Counted from the first letter of the stretch, positions 47,097-61,164 are shown. The stretch: 64,000 nt of DNA from Lytechinus pictus (GCF_037042905.1 NC_087251.1:45572001-45636000); one strand, 5' to 3'. Made by a program: numbers and translations. Notes: a model not told the origin generated them from the letters alone.

Positions 47097-48165
47097 CTGA
47101 GAGCTTCAATTTGTTTCTTCAACCTCTCCACCTCTGCCTCCAGGTTCTCATTCTCCCTCTCCAGCTTGTGTATGGTATCCTTGTTGAGCTCCACCACCTT
47201 CTCCACCCTCCTCTTCTCATTACCTAGCTTCATATTATCCACCTCCAGCTGTCCCGCCTTGTCCTGCACCGTCTTGATCCCCTCCACCATGTTCTGGAGC
47301 TGTCTGTTCTCCCTCTCGCACTCCTCCTTATCGTGCTCCATCTCCGTGATCCGCGTTGCCATGCCCTTCATGGCATCCAGCGACCTCTGCAGGGTCTGGG
47401 TGTCCGCTTTCAACCTCACGTTCTCATTCTCCAGGTGCTCCAGACGTTGGATGCGGACCTTGGCCGACTCCAGCGCCCGCGTCACCTTGCTGATCTCCAC
47501 CTCCAGCTCCGTGTTGTTCTTCTCCACCTCGTCAAACTTTTCACACATCAACTTGAGCATTTCAACATTCCTCGATAGTTTTTCCTTCTCCAGTTCCAGA
47601 GCCTCATTGCTCTTTTCCAAGTCCTCAATCCTGTCTGTCCTCTCTTTCAATCTCTCCAACGATTTCTGCAATTGCTTTGTCTCGTGTTCCGCTTTGGACA
47701 GTTTACTCTGATTATCCATCATGTCCTCCAACAACTTCCTGTTCTCCTTTTCAACATCCTGTATCCTCTGGTCGACATCCTTTTTATTTCTTTCCCGCAG
47801 GGTTTCTATCGTCCTTTCCAACTGCTCTTTCTCCGTATCCCATTCTTTCTGATACCTCTCAGAATTCTCCTTGATGGTCAAGATGGTGTCATCCAGAGCC
47901 TTCTTTTCTCGCTTCAGGACACTGTTCTCCTGTTCAATCTCAAGATGACCAGACATCTCCTTGGAGCTGGCCTCTTGCACTTTTTCAAGCTTCCGGCTGA
48001 GTCTTTGATTTTCCTTCTCGACCTCGAGGAGCCGAGTCTGCGCTTCTAACCCGGCAGATTCTCGCATTGTTTCCATCTCGCGATGGAGTCTTTGACATTC
48101 TTTTTCTAATTTGAGCACTTTACTTGAAGCACTATCATTGCACTCTGCTGACAAGGATGCAGCAG
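47097..48165 (-). CDS. CCDC88C: CCDC88 large coiled-coil exon (AASLSAECND...QIEAL)
   Basis: aacag|CT ... AG|gtaagt, 1069 nt, phase 1-2, heptad-rich E/K/L sequence. Confidence 0.95.
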
Positions 48166-48659
48166 CTGTTAAATTTGGACAAAAAGCATTGAAACAAATT
48201 GTTATTCAAGCAAAGTTCCATAAAAAAAACTCAGTGATAAAGGAATGAAATACTTTTCATGAGAGTATATCAATTGACTAACTGTAAATCAGACAAAACA
48301 CAAAGAAGTGGAGATTGACCCAGTCCAGCAAATTTTGAAAGAGGGGATGAACTGGAAGAAGCATTGCTAAAGATAACCAGAAGAATAAATTGAAAGTGTA
48401 TTGAACCTCGTTTCGGACATTGCTTTATGACTAGAATAAACTTTAAAGACCATTATTTTACTTTTTTCTATTCCAGCATCTTTTAAAAAAGATTGGGTGA
48501 ACCAGGAGAAACACTGTCCAAGTTAATTAAAAAAATAAACTAAAAGTATACATGGACCTTGCTTTTTTTTAAAGAATGATATATGACAAGAATAAACTTA
48601 AATAAACCTTAACTTTACTTTTATTTTCTGGCAAAAAGAAATCCTTGAACCCAACATAC

Positions 48660-48942
48660 CTGAAGAGTTTAGCTTTGCCTTTTCCAGCTCCACACCCAGA
48701 CTGGCCGACTCATTGAGACTCTGTTTATGGTCTAAACTCAGCCTAGCCACCTCCTCCGCTAGCTCTGCTATCCTACCCCTGTCCATATCTCTCTCCTCCT
48801 CTAGCGTCTCCATCTGAGCCTTTAACCTTAGACACTCTGCCTCGGCCAGGTGGCCCCGTTCCAGCTTGTCGTTAGCGGTGGTGACCTGCTCCTCCAGTAG
48901 GGACTTGGTTTCCAAAAGAACCGTGTTGTCTTCTTTTAATTC
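48660..48942 (-). CDS. CCDC88C: CCDC88 exon (ELKEDNTVLLETK...KLNSS)
   Basis: atcag|GAA ... G|gtatgt, 283 nt, phase 0-1. Confidence 0.93.
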
Positions 48943-49013
48943 CTGATGGATAACAACAGTAATAATTGTGAATGTATAAAGCACAATTTCTGTACGGATT
49001 TACTCTATCTGGA

Positions 49014-49110
49014 CCTTTAGCCTTAGACACTCTGCCTCGGCAAGGTGGCCCTGTTCCAGCTTGTCGTTAGCGGTGGTGACCTGCTCATAAAAAGAGGGAC
49101 TTGGTTTTCA
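49014..49110 (-). repeat. Intronic duplicate of part of the neighbouring exon (48819-48914)
   Basis: About 95 bp near-identical: cctttarccttagacactctgcctcggc...gtgacctgctc...gggacttggttt. Confidence 0.9.
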
Positions 49111-49719
49111 TATCGATAATTAAAGAAGGGTTAACTGAAGATGTGAAAGTGGCTTTATGCAACTGTGGAAGTCTTGAAAAGACAACGCCAACTGGGCAAT
49201 TCAATAAAATAATCCAAACTTTTTGTATGTCCGACCCCTAATATTTTTCCATTTTTTCTTCACTCTATAATCTGCTCAAGCCATTATAATTGAGAGCAGT
49301 AAACCCTTTCACATAAACTAGAAAACAGAAGACAAATACAGGGGGTGGAATGGACATACACTACGGAATGGCCTTTACGAAGTGATGCAACAAGAAATGG
49401 CTTTGATAGAAGAAATTTCAACAGCATTTCTAAAGAGCCGTGTTATGACAGCAAAATAAACATAATTTTTTTATATTTTTCTACATTAATCTTCTCCTTC
49501 AAAGCCATTATCATCCAATGAGGAAAAAATGGCATAAAACATGATGCCACTTGGAATTGATACAAAAAGTCTAAACGTCATCTAGAATGACCCGTTTCTT
49601 ACATGTACATGAAAAAGGCATATTCTAATGGCTGAAATGTGTTGAAAAGGTCTGAATTCAGACTTAATTCTGAAAAGTGGCATCCCTGAAAACACAAATT
49701 CATAAACAAGCAACCTTAC

Positions 49720-49878
49720 CTCGACTCTTTTCTTGAGATACTCTAGCTCATTGAGCTTCTCCCTGTACTTGGCGATCTCGTTCTCGTACTTCTCTGCTTT
49801 GCTGGCCTTCTCCTTCCACACGTCGAGCTCATCCCTGTACGCTCTCGCTGAACGCGCATCTTGCGTCAACTCGAGATT
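49720..49878 (-). CDS. CCDC88C: CCDC88 exon (NLELTQDARSARAYRDELD...KRVE)
   Basis: gccag|AAT ... GAG|gtaagg, 159 nt, phase 0-0. Confidence 0.95.
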
Positions 49879-50680
49879 CTGGCAAAACAAAAATATTAAT
49901 AAATAAGGTTGAATTAGTGATTATAATGACAAATCAAGTTTTCAAAACTCAATTGTAAAGTCAATCATTGATCAGAAGAATGAGTAAAGAAAACATGGTA
50001 CAGGGCCCTCAGTGATAGCAGTTTGTCAACTCAAGAGGTTACTCTGTTGACATGAAACTGGAAATAAATGAATAAATAAATAAATAAATAAATGACATTA
50101 ATAAATAATATTAATACTTCATCACTTCACTTCAGCAGACATTAATATCATCCACATCAATTCAAAAGAACAAATTATATTTAAACATAATACCAAATAA
50201 TTTGAATAAGTTTCACTTTCACCACATTAATAAAACATATTTGACACACTCAAGAGTGGTTACTTTAAAGAGTCATGGCTAATGGGGTTTGCTACCCTGT
50301 TAACATGGTCCAGTGTAGAAAATTAAGTGTAAAAATACATTTTTAAGGCAAATATTACACGGATTACATAATAACTGAGTGCAAACCAATAAAGGTCTGA
50401 GGTTGATTTAATCTCAGTTCTATTTATGGAAGGCCAGTGAGTCCATAATCCGTCACTTACAACGTGCAGAACCTGTAAGCAGTGCTTTCAAAAGAGAATG
50501 CACAGATGCATGTGTAATTGAATCGACAAATCACCATGCTTATATTGGCAGATTATATTTTTCCAATTTTCAATTTTGAGATCGATGTTAACTAAATGTA
50601 TCTTACATCTGACGGGCCACAGGGTAAATGAAAATAAGTTTAAAACTTAGGATTAAATATTTGAAACTTTTGTGGCTTAC

Positions 50681-50926
50681 CTCTTGCCGTAACTTCTGCA
50701 TGGTGGTATTATACTTCTCCACCTCCTCCTTGTACTCCAGAACCATCTCATTCTTCTCCTCCAGGTCCTGCCTCATTCTCCTCAGCTTGGCTTTGGACTC
50801 GGCTAGCTCAACAGTCACATGACGTTTGTCCGTTCCGGGGCTCGTCAGGGAGGGGGAAGGGGAGAGGACACGCCCGTCTGCCTGAGACTGGAGGTACTCC
50901 TTCTCTTGACTAAGCTCCATGATAGT
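50681..50926 (-). CDS. CCDC88C: CCDC88 exon (TIMELSQEKE...QKLRQE)
   Basis: catag|ACT ... GAG|gtaagc, 246 nt, phase 0-0. Confidence 0.95.
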
Positions 50927-51588
50927 CTATGGGTTAAAAGGATGAATGGATAATGAACGGAAAGTGATCCAATATATGCCCCTGCAACAATTTGCTCCCA
51001 TCTTAATATTTTTGAAGATATAAGGTTAGCCTAAAGGCTGCTATAATTAGCTCTTTTTTTAATTATCAGCATTATTTGTTATTGAATAACATTTTGAAAA
51101 AAAAAGAATAAAGGTGAATGCTATGTTTGTGATGTTTTATGATTATTATTTAATGTACATCTTTTTGATGGGAACAAAATGTCAATAGAGCATACATGGC
51201 AACTGCAAATGCAGGTATTTTCTTTCTGAATTCAAAAATGCCTGCAAATACTCAATATGATCCCACAAAAAACAAATGCTTTCATTTCTTTCAACTTCAT
51301 TTATTTTTTTAAACATATTTCTGACCTATAAACATCGCAATTACAAAAAAAATCAACAAGTTTTGAGTAAGTTTCTGTGTCACAAAACACACCCACAAAA
51401 TCCTGAAATTGTCTTTAAATGATTAGTGCTTAGATTAGTGATTAAAGAAAGGACTTAACTAATCAGAAAATATTTTATTTCTCAAACACCACATATCAAA
51501 ACAAGTACATTTTTCTTGGATTGAGATAAACAGAATGTTTTCCCATAACATCAGACCAATGCAATTAAAATCTTCAGTGATCCTCTAT

Positions 51589-52092
51589 TATGCTTTTCAC
51601 ACTGCAATATTTTTCCTTAACCCCGGGAAATTGGTGGGGCTAAGGGGGGGTCTTAGCCCCACCAATTTCCCGGGGTTAAGCTTAGCCCACTTCGTTTTCA
51701 CACTACGTTTTAGCAAAGTGGGCTAGCACGGTAAATAGTACGGTACTATCTGGCCCTGCAAAAAAGCAGGGTTAGCCGGCTTATTGTGGTGCTAGCACCA
51801 CAATTGCGGTGCTAAGAGAATGCAGCGTGAAAACCAACAGGGCTAAGGAAAGTGGGGCTAAGCATTTAGCCAATCACGGAAGTAGAATTGCACGTTAATC
51901 ACGCTCTGTATGGTAAAATCATCAATATTCATGAGCTGAGGGATAGTCCGGGGTTAATGCATTATCCCCGGCTGAGCAGATAGTATGGGGTTAAGAAAGA
52001 CAGTGTGAATCGAAAAAAAGATAGTATGGGGTTAAGGATAGTCCGGGGTTAAGGATAGTATGGGGTTAAGGAAATGCAGTGTGAAAAGCATA
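51589..52092. mobile_element. GC-rich TIR element with internal hairpins and subterminal repeats
   Basis: TIRs tatgcttttcacactgca / tgcagtgtgaaaagcata. Internal 29-bp-arm hairpin 51616-51680. Repeated gatagt(a/c)..ggggttaa units. Confidence 0.85.
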
Positions 52093-52609
52093 TATATGTG
52101 ATGCATAAAAATAAAAAAATGACATTTAAGCACCTGTCATTAAATTACTTAAAAATTAAAATAACAAGCTTTGAAGTAAACAACCAACTTCCTTTTCCAC
52201 TTTTCTGCCAAACACACTAGCCAGGCAATGTTTATGTTTTATACAAGGAAGTTGACTATTTCTTTCTCAGAATATATACCAAAGTATATACCTTTGCATT
52301 AGTAGTTGTTATGAATTCGATTGCATTATCAAATCATGTAATGATGAAGATTAAGTGGCTGATTAAAGATATTAATAAAAGCTAAGGAGATAAATGGCTT
52401 AGTTTCATTTGTGACGTCTATGTGCTGTATGTGAGCATGTAGATTTTTGCACGTAATTCACACTAAGATGCTTTAGTTTCATCCTAAATGATTTCAATTA
52501 ATCAATTCAATCAAAGGAGTCTCTCTTGATGAAATATTAAAGGAGCCTATGCAGATGTGACTGAATTGTATTTTTATATGTTTCATGCAAATGTGAATAA
52601 ATAAACTGA

Positions 52610-52829
52610 TGGGGCGTTGCAAGAAACTTGCGATCAATTGCAAGTCTATTTTCGTTCCCGAAATCAAACATATGCCGTGCAATTAATTGTAAATTTGCGA
52701 TTGATTGCTAATCTGCTCCATGAAACAAGGAGTGTAATCTGATTTGATATTGTTAAAAGTGATCAATCAATTGTAAAATTGCAACAGAATATTTGCGATT
52801 GATTGCAAATATTTTCTTGCAACACCCCC
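52610..52829. mobile_element. MITE
   Basis: ggggcgttgcaagaaacttgcgatcaattgcaa ... ttgcgattgattgcaaatattttcttgcaacacccc. Confidence 0.75.
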
Positions 52830-55800
52830 AAAGACAGAATTCAAGAAAATGAAAGATAAGGATATTCAAGATGGGAGTTATTTTCACATAACAGGAAACA
52901 TTTTGCAAAGTAACTTTGCATTTTATTTTTAAACTTTGACACACAAATGCTAGTTTCCTTGTTGTTTATTCTTAGTATTCTTGCTGTTGCCGATTCTTTT
53001 GCTATTGATCAGCTACATATCCTTTGGTTGCACTTCCGTTACGCCCAACTCATAAAACACAAGACCACTTTTAATCTTAAAACTCATACAGACATCAGTC
53101 GAAACTCTTGGGCCCTTTGCACCCAATTACCACCCCTCTGGGGTCTTGGCAAGAACATTTGCAGAATATTAGCAGCAACAACAGGAGTCATTGTCACCCT
53201 CTCAGTTTGAAATCCAAACCACATGAACCTATTGAGGTGCTTTCAGTCTGACTTCAAAACAAAGAATACCAGGTATTATCCTACTCCCATTTCATCAAGA
53301 CTTGTTGTAATAATGAACACTTTCGATATCAAATTTACTGTCAGCCAATCAGAGTGAAGGATTTCAGTAGCTTTTAACTGTTATTGAAAAATTGTTAATA
53401 ACAAGTTTTATGAAACAGGGCCCTGATCAGTAAATTTATCCTGATCTACACTAATCGGAAAAAACAGGTATTCTTGCCATTGTGAAAGCAAATAATTTTT
53501 TATATTTCTGAATGAAAATACCAACTAAATAGTAGGTACTTGTCTAAATATGGAGAACTTTCAAATCCGAGTGAGTACAATGGCTGTGGGCACCATGTGG
53601 CACCTGGGTTGCCAGCTTGCTATGAGCTCTCAATCGTGAATCATGCACCTCGTCAACAATTAAGACCATACTGGCCACGCTCACAACTTCAAAAACTTTC
53701 CCTGAAAGGATTTGAATCGGGCGAGTATCAATGCAGAAACAGGTATTTTGAGGCCGGATCAAATTCTCATAACTGTATCAATCATAACTGAGTCTGAGGG
53801 CCCTTTTCATGAGATCCATATCAAAGTGCTTTACAATGTAGAAAATTTGAAATATACAGACAAAAGTGAATTAGAAATTATACAACAAAAAAATAAAAAC
53901 ATCAAGGCCACTGTAAATTTGTAATATGCAAACAAAAGTATAATGGAGCTATGGGTATTCTGGTGATCGAGTCGGTCTGAAAGCACCTTTTGACTCGCGA
54001 GAGAAGAAAATTTGTGAATCATGTAAGGTTAGACCACATGATCAGTCTCTGTATCACGACCTTTGACACCCGTCAATCTCCCGTGCTTCATTAAGGAGTA
54101 AAAAAAAATGTTACCAAGAGTGAACAGTTGAAGTCAGATATTGTGCCACTATGCCACTATTTCCGGTTGATAAACTTTTTTGGTACGGCTGGAAGTTGTT
54201 TGCACATGGTTGATGAAATATTTTCACGATTCTTTCTAAAGCTACAAGTAAACAGTAACATGTTACATGAAGTTGAGTAGCATTACGGTCATCGATCCGA
54301 AAGGGAAACGTTGTATATGATTGATGAGATTAAGTCTATATACGAACAAGCAAGAAAAAAAAGTTGAATGCATGTCGTTATTCAAAAGAGCAAAGCTCAG
54401 TCATTTTTTTATTTCCATTATGAAAATATTGGCACCCGCCCCCCCCCCCTTTCTCTGCAAAGGATATAACTTGATTGTATCAATTGTAGACAATGTGAGA
54501 CTTGCATGCAACTATTTGAACTAACGATTGCAATGGAAAGGCATATAGGATAAATTGTTACAACTACAGCAAGATTATTTCCTTTTCGAAATTCAACTTA
54601 AGACTTGATGAGGGAATACCCAAATGTAGAGTAATCTAATAAAATATTGATGACTTATGATTGTCATGGCGACATACATACACCAAACACAGAGGTCCCC
54701 TCCTTTTTTTGAGTCAGCGCTACATAACTATTTTGAATGAATAACAATCTCCTCCAAAACATAAATGTCAATTACACAATCATGCGGTCCTTATTATGAA
54801 AAGCCGCATGAACTACTAGCAAATAAAGAAGGCCTAGATAGTATTGAATGATGTGACTTACTTTCTTTTTTAATAGAAAAAATACAAGGAAAGTTCTGGT
54901 TCACAATCCTGATAGTGCTTCAATTATTGCAGAGGTCTCAAATTATGTCAGGCTACATAATAGGTTTCCTTTATTTATATTATGTAGGCATAATTTGTTC
55001 TTTGCTCTCAAGTAAAATTACCAAATGATGATGGTGACGGCAATTGCCATTGCTGTGATGAATGCAGCAGCTTTCAAATCGAAACATAAGGCTTATAAAA
55101 ATCTGACAGCCATTTTGAAGAGATGGAAAATAAAATGCAGGCCAAAATATACATGTCTGCATGTAGGCCAATAAAGCATTTTCCGCTGGCAGACCACCTG
55201 CATGATCACGATGATTCATTGGAATTTAAATGGACATCAAAAATCATACTTTGGCCCCTGTGGGGAGAAGTTCCACAGTATAGGCCTTGTCGATAGAATC
55301 TGAATTGACATCAAAATTCGTGGTTTGGTCCCTTACGCCTGGGAGAAATGCCACATTACAGAGCATATATCTGACAACTGATGTATTCCAGATACTTAAA
55401 CCTGACTTTTATGGCAATGCACTTTTGGGAAATATATCTCATCCAAAGATACAGATTCACTGGAAATAGATAGTATAAACTTCATAGGCACCATGCAAGG
55501 GCCATTAACACAAAGCCTATTGATTGATCATAAGGTTGATTTCTATGATTAATTGCATTGATTATTGTGTATGATCAATTGTAAAAAAATCAGCTCCGGA
55601 TGAGATTAACCACCTAGCTTTATGTTATGGAGGCCCAGGTATATCCACAATTTCATATTGGAAATATCTTTATTGAAAATAAATACATTTATCTGAACTT
55701 CTGAAGTAAATATTAGGAAAAGGTATACCAGAATTTTCATCTCCTGCTATACACCCATCTCCTTCTTTTTTATCCCCATCTTGCCTCTCAATGAACTTCA

Positions 55801-56828
55801 TATCAAAAGTTTTGGTACAAATATATGCATCTGGGGAATTCTACTCAATTGCTCCACTCTATCAAATTGCAGGGAATTAAAATACATCAATATGGTCTGC
55901 AGTGAAGTTTTTAATCTCGAGAGATTTTAAGTTAAATCCTTTAGAGATTTTAAAATAATTTGTTCTTTTAGGATTAAATCTCAAATTTGATTGGTCCTTA
56001 GCTACAGTCCACCTGGGCTTATTTTAAATCTCTGCAACTTAAGAGTGCGTGTATGCAAATCATTCCAATTGACAGAGATATTGGAAAAACAGTAAATATG
56101 CTTTGCTCCTGCTATGCAGCAGAGACAAACAAAAAACATACCCCTCTTTATTATTTGCCTTCTGTCTAGAAGGAAGCAATTGTCACTAATGTTAACTTAT
56201 CTCTATGTACCGTGAAAAGATAAAAATCCAACAGCTAGGCACTTATTGTAATCTACTAGGCACTTTTCCTTCTTGGGAAAGATTTATGAGTTATCTGACA
56301 AATAAGTATCAGGTATATCCTTCCTGTATACACAAACTGTCTTCAAGCAACAGTATGAGGATACGGAGAGTGCAACATATATTGCCAATTGAGGGTGACA
56401 ACTTTGATCTTCAAACCAAGGTATGTGTGTAACGTCCCCTATAATTTGAAAACATGAGACTTCATCCAACAGACGACAGGCCATAGAAACTGAACTATCA
56501 TTTTTGAGAGAAAGATTGAACTTAATTGAATTTTCTATATTTTTTAACAAGACCTTGATTATAAGTAATAAAAAATCTAGTAAATTAATATTTTCTGGGA
56601 GACACTTCTTCAAACTTCAAAAGTCCAGTTTTCAAGTGATAGGCTAATGCCCAGGCATAGAACAAGTATATTCTATGCCTGTTCCTACTTGTGCATGTTA
56701 TGAAAGAAGATACTGGAACGGATATTAGATTATTCCTGTGACATATTTCCTGGATGAGAGAGAGAGAGAGAGAGAGACGAGCCATATGATGCGGTCATGC
56801 ACAACCATCCTGGATGAAGATTCAGAGC

Positions 56829-57422
56829 TTAAAGGAGAATGAAACCCTTGAAACCAGCTGGATCCATATCAAAGAGAAAAATCAAAGAAACATATTATTG
56901 AAAGTTTGAGGAAGATTGAATGAATAATAAGAAAGTTATGAGCATTTGAATATTGACATCACTAATGCCATGTAGATCCTCCCATTGGCAATGCGACCAA
57001 GATCTGTGATGTCACACACGTACAACTCCCTCATTACTTTAGTACTTATTTCACTTATATTCTCACTTTTATATAGAGTCTATCACAAGGTGAGGTGTTC
57101 TCTTTATGAGAGGACAAGTACAGAGGTTTCACAACATTATATCATTGATGAATCGTTTGTCATATGATTAGAATGAGCAAAAAGAGATGTTTTGGGGTAT
57201 ATTTTCAGTGTCCAAAAGGGGAGAGTTGTTCATCTGTGACATCATAGATCTTGGTCGCATTGCCAATGGGAGGATCTCCATAGCATTAGTGATCTCGACA
57301 TTCAAATGCTCATAACTCTTCTATTGCTAGTCCTATTTTACTCAAACTTTTGTTGATCTTATCCTTTGATTTTTCTGCTTTCACAAAAGCTAACTTGCTC
57401 CAAGAGTTTCATTCTCCTTTAA
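56829..57422. mobile_element. TTAA-flanked element with roughly 190-bp imperfect TIRs (Kolobok-like)
   Basis: TTAAaggagaatgaaac ... gtttcattctcctTTAA. Inner gatcctcccattggcaatgcgaccaagatct mirrored at about 57247-57275. Confidence 0.85.
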
Positions 57423-58485
57423 ACTTCAGACAACTTTTAGAATGTTATCACTGACTCATCCCGATTGCAGAAAGAATGGTATCACAGGCCTAAATAATTT
57501 CCCATAGACTCGTGTGTTAAAGTGGCACTTTAAAAAAATTTCATCAAAAATAAGGAGAAAATTCGAGGGTTGAATGTTTACTACCAGTGGATAGAGGATA
57601 TATGTCTGACATTCCATATCTGACCAGAAAAGGGTATCTCGTCCAGCTCATTTTAAAAATAAATCGACATTTATGAAGACTACACCTGACAGGATCAAAT
57701 CCATCACTTGAGAGAGTAAAATGGCCCTAGTTCTTCCACCAGTAAATAAATAGTTCCAAAGTGGTGATATATCTTTCCAATTTGGAAAAAGGAAGTTCAG
57801 TAGGTACCCTCCCTGGAATCGGTGTTAGATTGTCAGTCATATTCATTCATTTTTGTCAATCAGCAATATCAAATTTAAAAATTGAGAATGGGTTGGCTCG
57901 AATGAAAATCTTTTGCCTGCCAGTTGTAATTAGGCCTGTGAAACCGGATGCATAGAATTGTTTGGAATCAAACAAAAATTGAGGTACTGAGGGTGTTTCT
58001 ATTGGATAAAAGTTAAACAACCTCAAAGACTTCATGCAAGCCATAATCATCCAATTTCTATTTGTGTATTTGCAAACCCTTCAATGTAAGTCTACAGCGA
58101 ATGCTAATTATGTGCATCATATAATAAGAAGGATTCTTTGTGACTGTTCATGTTTTTGTGTAAAATAGAAATGTCTTTCCCCTCTTATGGTATTAGGTTT
58201 ATAGATGAGACTAAAAGATTTTCCTTTATGTAAAACACATGTAGGATTCAAATCTTAATCTTATCCACTTAAATTATTATCAAAATGCTTTGAAATAAAT
58301 CCTTTTCATTGAAAATTCATTGAAAACATACTTGTATATTGACCTATATAGGCTGTAGGCCTGAATAAATGGGCAAATATGTTATTTAACAAAATGTAAG
58401 ATAAAATGACTGATCAATTGAATTCATCGATAAACATGAAAAAAGATAAAACTTTCATGATTTACTAGCATCAAATACAGACCAT

Positions 58486-58885
58486 CAGGGTTCCCAGCTT
58501 TTCAAGAAAACAAAATTCCCTGATTTTTCCCTGATGAAGTTTAAAAATTCCCTGATAATTATTCAAACCCATTCCCAGTTTTGCAGGTTTTCTATAAAGT
58601 TGTTGCAGTTAACTACATGTATTTTCAGTATAAAAACAATAATGTAAAACTAATTAGTACCACCATAACCAGTCATTCAATGGATTTTGTTTTGATATGC
58701 AACAAAATATAACAGAGTCTGACTGACTACAGTGCTTTCGACTTTTGGGCCGATCAAAATTCCCTGATTTTCCCCTCATTTGAGGCATTTTCCCGTGATT
58801 TGGAGTATTTTTTTATCAAATTCCCTGATGTTTTCCTGACTGGAAAAAAATAAAATAATTTTCCCTGATGGGCTGGGAAGCCTCG
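58486..58885. mobile_element. Non-autonomous DNA element with ttccctga subterminal repeats (hAT-like ends)
   Basis: cagggttcccag ... ctgggaagcct; many ttccctga motifs near both ends. Confidence 0.6.
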
Positions 58886-59703
58886 ACCATGGAGCTTTAT
58901 TCTTATCTCCATGCATTAACAATATTCTGATGCAGAACACTAGATTTCAGCTCTATATTAGGAACAAGCCCTATAATAATGGAAAAGATTCCTACTGAAT
59001 CCCTTCAAAGTACAAAGGACAAGGGAAAGAGACAAGTATTCTCTAATTAGACAAGTATTGTCTGTCCAGTAAGTGCAGTTCAGGAGGAAAAATTCTGGAG
59101 ACACCCTCTCATAAACCTAGGTATTTCATTAGAAAGCGTTTAATGCTCTTCCTCATTAAAAGCATCAATGACCATCGGTGCGGCCAGGAGCTTTGCAGAG
59201 CTTGAGCCACCGTCTAGGGCTTCTGTAAGACACATCCTTGAACTGTGCCATCGCCAATTAGGAAACGATGCTTCACAGTGGCTATGCGGATCCTGTCCCA
59301 CAGGAAAGACAATTCTCTGCTGATCCAGCTGACATATACAGACGCCATGAATCATAGATGGGACTAAAGACTTCCATGGCCATGTTCACACTTGAGAAGT
59401 TGGATAAATTTCAGTACCTTCTTGACACCCAATCAACCCTACAAATAAAAGATCTGGATATCTTTTCTCATAAATGTTGGAAGGATGAAGTAGATGATGC
59501 TAATACAGACTCTTGTGTATTAAAAGTCTATCAACATCAAACATGGAACAAGGTCTATGCGCTTCGATCATACATATACATGAATACAGCATATTTAAGC
59601 AATTTGTGTCTGCTATTCAGATCTCATTCAAACACTGACAAAGGAAATAACCTTTAAAACTTACACACGATCAAAATAGAGGTTGAGGTACATCATGCAG
59701 TTT

Positions 59704-60304
59704 TTAAAGGACAAGTCCACCCCAACAAAAAGTTTATTTGAATAAAAAGAGAAAAATCCAACAAACATAACACTGAAAATTTCATCAAAATCGGATGTAA
59801 AATAAGAAAGTTAAGACATTTTAAAATTTTGCTTAATTTCACAAAACAGTTATATGCACATCCTGTTGGGTATGCAAATGAGGAGACTGATGACGTCATC
59901 CACTCACTATTTCTTTTGTATTTTATTATATGAAATAGGGAATATCCTATTTTTCTCCTCCTTGTCAAGTGAAACAACGATTAATTATTCCCTGAACATG
60001 TGGAATGGGCATTGTTTAATACTATATGATTCAGTCAAGTTGGTCCTTATTGTCAAATCCATAAAAAATGAAATATTGTATAATTCAAACAATAAAAAAC
60101 AAAAGAAATAGTGAGTGAGGGACATCATAGACTGTCTCATTTTAGTTGTGCAGATCACTGTTTTGTGAAAAATAAGCATATCTTTAAAATGTCATAACTT
60201 TCTTATTTTACATCCGATTTTGATGAAATTTTCAGCATTTTGCCAGTTTGATTTTTGTCTATTTATTCAAATCAACATTTTTGTGGGGTGGACTTGACCT
60301 TTAA
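59704..60304. mobile_element. Complete TTAA-flanked element (Kolobok-like)
   Basis: TTAAaggacaagtccacccca ... tggggtggacttgacctTTAA. Homologous to 6265-6858. Confidence 0.85.
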
Positions 60305-61164
60305 TGTTTCTGAATGTGGGAATGCATGCTTCATGTGGGGAGTTAACGTCTCTTCCTCGTTTCTGGAGAAGGGGGCACGAGAGGAAGCTTTAGTCACCCG
60401 TGCAGGCGTATCGTCTTACTGGCTCGGCAGAGTCGAACATCCCAAAATAGAGCGTGCGCTGGGATTAGCACCAGGAAAGACATTATTTGACGACTTTGAT
60501 TCATGTTGGTAAATGGGGATTCCTACTTCACATGGAAGATTTACACCTAAAACGAGAGAAGACATGCTGTGTGCATGGTGACCTGCCCCGCTCTCCGTTT
60601 TCAGATATGACTCGAGCAGGGAGCTACTCCCGACTCCCTGTTTTGAGCTTCCAAGACTGTTTGTAGCAGAAACCCCGTTACAGACAGTTAATATAATCTA
60701 CAACATTGTTTTTACCATCCAATTTCTCAATTTTTTGGATTGGCTGTTGAGCACTGGTAGACAATTGGATGGCAAAGTTGAATGGTAACTTTAATGCAAT
60801 GGGCCCTGGTACATCTATCAACATGTAATCCTTGGCCAGATAGCCCAGTTTTCAAATCTAAAAACCTTTATGATCCTTTACAAAAAACATCCATGGGGGA
60901 TTTTCCGGGGCTCTTTTTCATATTCAGAGCTCTTCTGGGCATTTCGAGACAAACTCGCCCGGAGCCCCCCCATGTATTTTTTTTTCCTGGAATAGCCTAA
61001 CTGAAAATTAGATAAATGGGAAAATATGATATTTGGTCAATGAGACCAAATAGTTCATAGATGAACTGACCGAAGTCAAACTAGGTTTAGACCATATTGG
61101 ATGAGACTAATCGAAAAATAGACCAAGTGTGCGTAGATCAAGTGGCAATTTACTGCTAGCTTAC

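Noticed and set aside
46200..48049. Plus-strand ORFs up to 181 aa overlapping coiled-coil exons (also 40236-40658, 16486-17388)
   Set aside because: Antisense shadows of E/K/L-rich coding exons; no independent features.
59140..59657. ORFs of 71 and 99 aa as a nested gene
   Set aside because: No recognisable motif, no consistent splice chain, and length within chance expectation.
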